NCBI GenBank assembly: GCA_965263355.1
Contig: CBDHHL010000032.1
Location: 928,001-992,000 of the forward strand
Direction: 5' to 3'
From: Leptolyngbyaceae cyanobacterium
Lineage (GTDB): Bacteria; Cyanobacteriota; Cyanobacteriia; Phormidesmidales; Phormidesmidaceae
Length of the DNA: 64,000 nucleotides
The notes under the pieces are model-generated. The model did no database searches. It was not told the origin of the DNA and saw only the letters and a program-made list of their open reading frames with translations. The translations under genes were made by a program, and so were the position numbers. Each line of letters opens with the position of its first letter. Position 1 is the first letter of the stretch. This document shows, piece after piece, positions 58,854 through 64,000 of the stretch.

Positions 58854-61409
58854 ATGGTTAACTCCCATTTTGTGACGGCGTCAGCGTTTGACTCTCAAGA
58901 GCTGATTCCGTTGTCTGAGGTGATTGCATCTGAGGTGTCCTCGTCTGAAGTATATGTATGTGTTCATGGGCACTTTTACCAACCGCCCCGAGAGAACCCT
59001 TCCCTAGAAGCCGTGGAGCGACAACCGAGCGCAGCTCCTTTCCATGATTGGAATGAACGGATTCTACGTGAGTCTTACCGCCCTAATGCCTTTGCCAGAA
59101 TCATGGACCACCAGGGCCAGATTCTACAAATTGTCAATAACTATGAGTTTATTAGCTTTAACATTGGCCCCACGTTAATGAGCTGGCTAGCGCGCCACGA
59201 TATTGAAACATACCGACGGATTTTGGCAGCGGACAAACACAGCTGCGATCGCAATAACGGCCACGGTAACGCTATTGCCCAGGTTTATAACCACATCATC
59301 TTGCCCTTGGCCAACGAGCGCGACAAGCTTACCCAGGTACGCTGGGGCATTGCCGATTTCCGCAAGCGTTTTCATCGTGATCCCGAAGGAATGTGGCTAG
59401 CAGAAACTGCCATCGATCAAGATACGTTGCGGGTACTAATCCAGGAGGGGATTAAATTCACCATAGTTGCCCCCTCTCAAGTCCAACGCTGCCGTCAAAT
59501 GGCTGATGGTAACCATGGTGTAGGGGAATGGCATGAGGTTAGCGGTGGCCAAATTGATCCCACCCGCCCCTATCGATGTTTTGTGCCTGGATTACCAGCC
59601 GACAAAAACTATATTGATATTTTTGTGTACGACGGTCCGATTTCAGGCGACATGGGCTTCAGCAATATTCTGCAATCATCCCAGTCCTTCGCTAACCGGA
59701 TCAGCCAAGCAATCCGTGGCGATCGTAAAGAGGCCCAGCTAATTTCAGTGGCTACTGATGGTGAAACCTTTGGACACCACCGTGGTGGAGCAGAACGGGC
59801 CCTAGCCTATGCCCTGCAACATGAATTTATTGATCGGGGCTGGAACGTCGTTAGCTATGCTCACTATCTCAGCCTATTTCCCCCCACTTGGGAGCTAGCA
59901 CTCAAACCAGTCACCGCCTGGAGTTGTGCCCATGGCGTAGAACGCTGGAAAAGTGACTGTGGCTGCGGCGGTGGCGGTGAATGGCATCAGCGGTGGCGCG
60001 CGCCCCTGCGTCAAGCCCTCGACTGGCTGCGGGATGAACTGAGCGAAATTTACGAAATTACCGGGGAAGAGCTGTTTAAGGATGCTTGGGCCGCTCGGGA
60101 TAGTTATATCGACGTCGTGTGCGATCGCACACCCTTAACTATCGAACTCTTTTTAAGCCAACACCAGCATCACGAACTCACCCAGGTGGAACGCACAGAT
60201 GCTCTCTGCCTGCTAGAGATGCAGCGCCATGCCATGCTGATGTATACCAGCTGTGGTTGGTTCTTTGAAGAAATCTCCCGTCCCGAAGGTACCCAGCTCC
60301 TACGCTATGCGGCTCGGGCAATCGAACTTGCCGAAGCGATCTGTGGCGAATCCCTGGAAGCAGACTTTATTCAAAAACTAGCGCTAGCTCCGAGCAATGT
60401 CCCCCAGTTTAAAAATGGAGCCGGTGTTTACCGGGCCAAGGTACAACCTGCTCGTATTAGCCTTGAACAGGTAGTGGCCCATTACGCCATGTCATCGTTG
60501 TTTCACACCTACCATCGTGAGCAACGTCTGTACTGCCACACATTGCTTCATCAAGACTATCAAAAGCAAACCATGGGGGCACTTACCTTGGCCCTGGGGC
60601 AAGTTAATATCGTCTCAGAAATTACTCAGGCCAAGGAAGACTACACCTTTGCGGTGTGCCATTTAGGGGGCCAGGAATTTATCTGTGGCATTCGCCCCTT
60701 CAAAAATAGAACTGCCTATATTCGGGCAAAAGAGGCTGTACTCAAAATATTTGCCCAAGGCAGTATGGTGCAAACCATTGCGGCAATCCAAACTCAGTTT
60801 GGAGAACACACCTTTAATCTGCAGCAACTGTTTAGTGAAGAACGTCAGCACATCATGCAGTTGCTCAGCCAGAATACCCTGGATCAGTTAAACCAGCTAT
60901 ACACTCAAATTTATCGGGAAAATTATGGCGTTCTCATGGCCTTTCATCGTGAACATATGAACGTGCCCCGAGAACTGCAGGTAGCCGCCGAAATTACCCT
61001 TAGCCGTCGTGTGATTGATATTTTACGTCACCTGGAGCAAGACCTAAGCGACGTTGACGAACACATCTTGGCCATTAGCACCGGATATTTGGGTGAACTG
61101 GAAGGCATCGCCATTGAAGCCAACCATTTACACTGTCATCTGACGCTGCCTGATGCAGCACCACTACTAGAAGGCTTAATTCTACAAACCCTACGCCAAA
61201 CGCTTCAAATCGAGCCGGACGCTGCTAACCAAAGCTGCACAATCACCGTCAATCCTATGACTATTCAAGGAATTCAACGATTAATTAACCTGGGAATTAA
61301 TCTGGGACTCAAGCTCAATCTAGAACGTTCTCAAGAAGTCTACTATCACTACACCCAACATTGTCCCGCGATTTCTAGCCTGGGCCAGGCACTTGGGCTC
61401 AAGGAATAA
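58854..61409 (+). CDS. Glycoside hydrolase family 57 protein with DUF3536
   Basis: HGHFYQPPRENP, GMWLAETA, ATDGETFGHH, WSCAHGVERW and MYTSCGWFF. Confidence 0.92.
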   Translation: MVNSHFVTASAFDSQELIPLSEVIASEVSSSEVYVCVHGHFYQPPRENPSLEAVERQPSAAPFHDWNERILRESYRPNAFARIMDHQGQILQIVNNYEFISFNIGPTLMSWLARHDIETYRRILAADKHSCDRNNGHGNAIAQVYNHIILPLANERDKLTQVRWGIADFRKRFHRDPEGMWLAETAIDQDTLRVLIQEGIKFTIVAPSQVQRCRQMADGNHGVGEWHEVSGGQIDPTRPYRCFVPGLPADKNYIDIFVYDGPISGDMGFSNILQSSQSFANRISQAIRGDRKEAQLISVATDGETFGHHRGGAERALAYALQHEFIDRGWNVVSYAHYLSLFPPTWELALKPVTAWSCAHGVERWKSDCGCGGGGEWHQRWRAPLRQALDWLRDELSEIYEITGEELFKDAWAARDSYIDVVCDRTPLTIELFLSQHQHHELTQVERTDALCLLEMQRHAMLMYTSCGWFFEEISRPEGTQLLRYAARAIELAEAICGESLEADFIQKLALAPSNVPQFKNGAGVYRAKVQPARISLEQVVAHYAMSSLFHTYHREQRLYCHTLLHQDYQKQTMGALTLALGQVNIVSEITQAKEDYTFAVCHLGGQEFICGIRPFKNRTAYIRAKEAVLKIFAQGSMVQTIAAIQTQFGEHTFNLQQLFSEERQHIMQLLSQNTLDQLNQLYTQIYRENYGVLMAFHREHMNVPRELQVAAEITLSRRVIDILRHLEQDLSDVDEHILAISTGYLGELEGIAIEANHLHCHLTLPDAAPLLEGLILQTLRQTLQIEPDAANQSCTITVNPMTIQGIQRLINLGINLGLKLNLERSQEVYYHYTQHCPAISSLGQALGLKE

Positions 61410-61433
61410 TCACCTAATTCCCCCCTGAGTAAC

Positions 61434-62045
61434 TTATCGCTGGTACAGAATACGAGCATCAAACCCTAAACGGCGAGCAGCTCGCACGCGCCTCAGGGCA
61501 TCTGAACGCCGATCAAAACGGCCAATATTGATAAACTCTCCTTGACGGGCACGATCAACCATCGCATTACCGAATGAACGTCTGACATCCACCAGATCGT
61601 CGCTTGACTCAATTACAGCAGCAACATAAGGGAAATCATCCTCTAAGTCATTGGCCACATCAATGGCAACCACCCGATCCCCTGTATTCACCGCTGTATT
61701 TACATTGATTCCCAACACATCCAGGGTTTGTGGGCCAGCGATGCCTGTAACTGGCAAATCGTACCACTGCTGAAACTGCGCTACGGCTGCCTGGGTCATG
61801 GGTCCATAGGCACCATCTATGGGGCCTGGATCAAGACCATTGCGATCAAGCGCCTGTTGTAAAGCTGCCACATCACTACCGGAATCACCAAGTCCTAGGG
61901 AAGGGCGAACAACTGAACGGGGAATACTACTAGGACTCGGTGGAGGGGGGACTGACGGTGGGGATAAGCGCTCCTGAGCTTTGCTAGGTAACCCAAGCAA
62001 GAGACAAATGCCGCCGACAACGGCAGCCGTTAGCAATTTAGACAT
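61434..62045 (-). CDS. Exported peptidoglycan-binding domain protein with SPOR-like C-terminus
   Basis: GDSGSDVAALQQAL...IDGAYGPMTQAAV..FQ. Confidence 0.85.
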   Translation of the reverse strand: MSKLLTAAVVGGICLLLGLPSKAQERLSPPSVPPPPSPSSIPRSVVRPSLGLGDSGSDVAALQQALDRNGLDPGPIDGAYGPMTQAAVAQFQQWYDLPVTGIAGPQTLDVLGINVNTAVNTGDRVVAIDVANDLEDDFPYVAAVIESSDDLVDVRRSFGNAMVDRARQGEFINIGRFDRRSDALRRVRAARRLGFDARILYQR

Positions 62046-62243
62046 GGAAATATTTCCTGAGACAACGCCGACAGATTCTAACTCAGCAAACGACGTTAGC
62101 TTAGCTAGAGCATACTCACTCAGCTAGATACCGCTCCGGCTGAGCTTGATGGCGTATATAGTAACGGATGATTGACAAAACTGTACTTGTTATTGTTGCA
62201 ATTGCTCACATTTCATCCCGAAGGCCCCTAATGTCGAATGATC

Positions 62244-63149
62244 TTAATCCCGAATGATCCGCGCTTCGTAGCCAAGCCTGTTAGCAAAATCAACCCAGTC
62301 ATCGGCATCATCAGGATCGACAAAGCGGCCAATACTAATATATTCCCCTAAATTATTTCGCTCTGGCGTAGCATCGGGAAAATCTTGGCGAACATCATTC
62401 AATTCAGAATGAGTTGTAATAATAGCAGCGACGTAGCGTCCATGAATCGACCGACTGCTCCCAGACCCTCCCCCGCCATTCCGGGAAGCCCTAGTCCGTC
62501 TGCTATCCCCTATGTCACGTCTGCTGGCATTACGACCATCGGGGGTAAAACCCATATCTATCAATGTATCCCGATCAGCAATGCCATCAACTGGAAGGCC
62601 CGCACTCCGTTCATAGGTCCTTACCGCCTGTTCTGTTTGTGCCCCGTAAATGCCATCGATATCTAGATCAAACTCAAATGTTCTCAATACCTGCTGCAAC
62701 GTCTGTACATCTTCTACACTCGAACTAGGAGTAATACGATCTTCACTGACAAATCCATAATCAGGATGGTATAAACCTACTGCTAATTGCTCTAAATCAA
62801 CGCCTAGCAAGTCTAAGGTTTCAGCATCAGCATCCCCCGTCACAGTAAGCCCTCGAATACTCTGAAACTGACGCACTGCACGAGTCGTTTGTGCACCGTA
62901 AACACCATCGATAGTCTCAGGAAACAGGCCATTGCTGTTCAACTTTTGCTGCAGCTCCCTCACTGCCGGTCCCCGATCCCCTTCTCTGAGGAAATTTTGA
63001 TTTTGAGTGATTAGAACAGCGTCGTGTAATCGACTATTTGGCATCTGGGCCATAACCGGTACACAACTCAACAACCAAACGCCCAGTAATAGTTTGACAC
63101 TGAGCTGAGCTGTAGAACGAGGGGAAGTAACGAAGCCCGAAATGCTCAT
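62244..63149 (-). CDS. Exported protein with two peptidoglycan-binding domains and SPOR-like C-terminus
   Basis: Two IDG.YG.QT..AV repeats; start uncertain (the ORF extends to 63191). Confidence 0.85.
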   Translation of the reverse strand: MSISGFVTSPRSTAQLSVKLLLGVWLLSCVPVMAQMPNSRLHDAVLITQNQNFLREGDRGPAVRELQQKLNSNGLFPETIDGVYGAQTTRAVRQFQSIRGLTVTGDADAETLDLLGVDLEQLAVGLYHPDYGFVSEDRITPSSSVEDVQTLQQVLRTFEFDLDIDGIYGAQTEQAVRTYERSAGLPVDGIADRDTLIDMGFTPDGRNASRRDIGDSRRTRASRNGGGGSGSSRSIHGRYVAAIITTHSELNDVRQDFPDATPERNNLGEYISIGRFVDPDDADDWVDFANRLGYEARIIRD

Positions 63150-63629
63150 GTGCTGTTGTCCTAATATGATCGTTTCTAACAAATACAACATTTTGGCTAG
63201 GTGGAATTACGGCCAAATTTGCGCTGGTGTGCCCAATATACTTATTAAATCACCTGTCTAAGGAATATCGACTTTCACCAACTGCAGTCGGCATAATGAC
63301 GTAAATAAAACCGATATTCAGCATTTAATCGTTGCGATGCATACATTCCGGTAGGGTCGATCTAAACGAGCTATACCCTTACGTGCTCTGAGCAAACAGT
63401 CGATTTTAGCTACAATAATCTAAACTAAATCTAAAAGTTTGTAACATATTCCGGATTAGCCTAACCTTGTTTAATTTAAGCGCTTGAACCTAAGCTTTCA
63501 GTTCCCTTAAGCAGCTCCTTCCCATCTGTGACATGTGACTACGCTGTCCCATGACATAGGCTTCTCGTATCTGGCCATCGTTAGTCAATTATTTCCCAAA
63601 GCTGACTCCGCACTCTCCCATTAAGCCAT

Positions 63630-64000
63630 ATGTTAAGACCTAAGCTTCGTCATGCCTCAAGACGATTTCTGTTGTACCGAGAGCAGCGTTATCCCGATAT
63701 CAAACGGATTGGTATTACTCACTCCTACTGGGGAGACTTATATCATATTTTACTAACCATTGCCTGGCCTGCATTTATTATGCTGGTCAGTGGCTGTTAT
63801 CTACTGGTGAATGCTCTGTTCGCCATTGCTTATAGTTTAGATGCGGATGCGATCGCAAATAGACAGCACGGGCACTTCCTAGACCTATTTTTCTTTAGCG
63901 TCCAAACCATGGCCTCTATTGGCTATGGAGCCATGTACCCCACCAGTACTTACGCCCATACCCTAGTCGTCATTGAGGCAATTTTTGGGCTGTTCTTTGT
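63630..64000 (+). CDS. Inward-rectifier potassium channel (KirBac), 5' part
   Basis: Manual translation MLRPKLRH...WGDLYHILLTIAWP...FFFSVQTMASIGYGAMYP; runs off the window. Confidence 0.88.
   Translation, partial: MLRPKLRHASRRFLLYREQRYPDIKRIGITHSYWGDLYHILLTIAWPAFIMLVSGCYLLVNALFAIAYSLDADAIANRQHGHFLDLFFFSVQTMASIGYGAMYPTSTYAHTLVVIEAIFGLFF

Larger units (their letters stand above)
3607..63856. repeat. HIP1 octamer GCGATCGC dispersed across the window
   Basis: More than 20 copies seen by eye (e.g. 3607, 27699, 50843, 53736, 63849); a cyanobacterial genome signature. Confidence 0.9.

Noticed and set aside
63900..63935. KirBac filter reading SIGYG instead of TxGYG
   Set aside because: A conservative Thr-to-Ser change in a gene truncated by the window edge; not enough to claim altered selectivity.
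1..64000. tRNA, rRNA, prophage or integrase genes
   Set aside because: None recognised by eye; tRNAscan-SE and Infernal would be needed to exclude them formally.

Overview
Chromosomal window from a filamentous cyanobacterium, probably a non-heterocystous Leptolyngbya-like strain. This is inferred from more than 20 HIP1 octamers (GCGATCGC), a fraC-fraD-fraE septal-junction operon, an NblB-like HEAT protein and several Uma2 nucleases. Housekeeping genes (grxC, cobO, dacB, gatB, UbiH-like hydroxylase, GH15, GH57, NitT/TauT ABC transporter plus deaminase, KirBac channel) are interleaved with accessory DNA. Highlights: (1) a 16-kb co-oriented cluster tpsA-tpsA-CHAT/TPR protease-DUF928-CHASE2 hybrid kinase-REC/HK-tpsB, in which the exported DUF928 protein carries five tandem 21-aa units each ending in GASR. 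This suggests an extracytoplasmic protease/peptide signalling system. (2) An unannotated transcription unit with an NtcA box over the -10 element, a glnA-type glutamine riboswitch, a 49-aa membrane microprotein, a 42-aa ORF and a terminator. (3) A small ORF and the adjacent NACHT NTPase share a 33-aa Q/N/G-rich motif reminiscent of amyloid signalling; the NACHT membrane region is broken by indels in a 12-bp repeat tract. (4) A bacterial-type crtI whose 3' end is duplicated 1.2 kb downstream, next to an IS3 remnant. (5) A short orphan sRNA candidate after gatB. No rRNA, tRNA or CRISPR array was recognised. All calls come from reading motifs by eye; no database searches were run.
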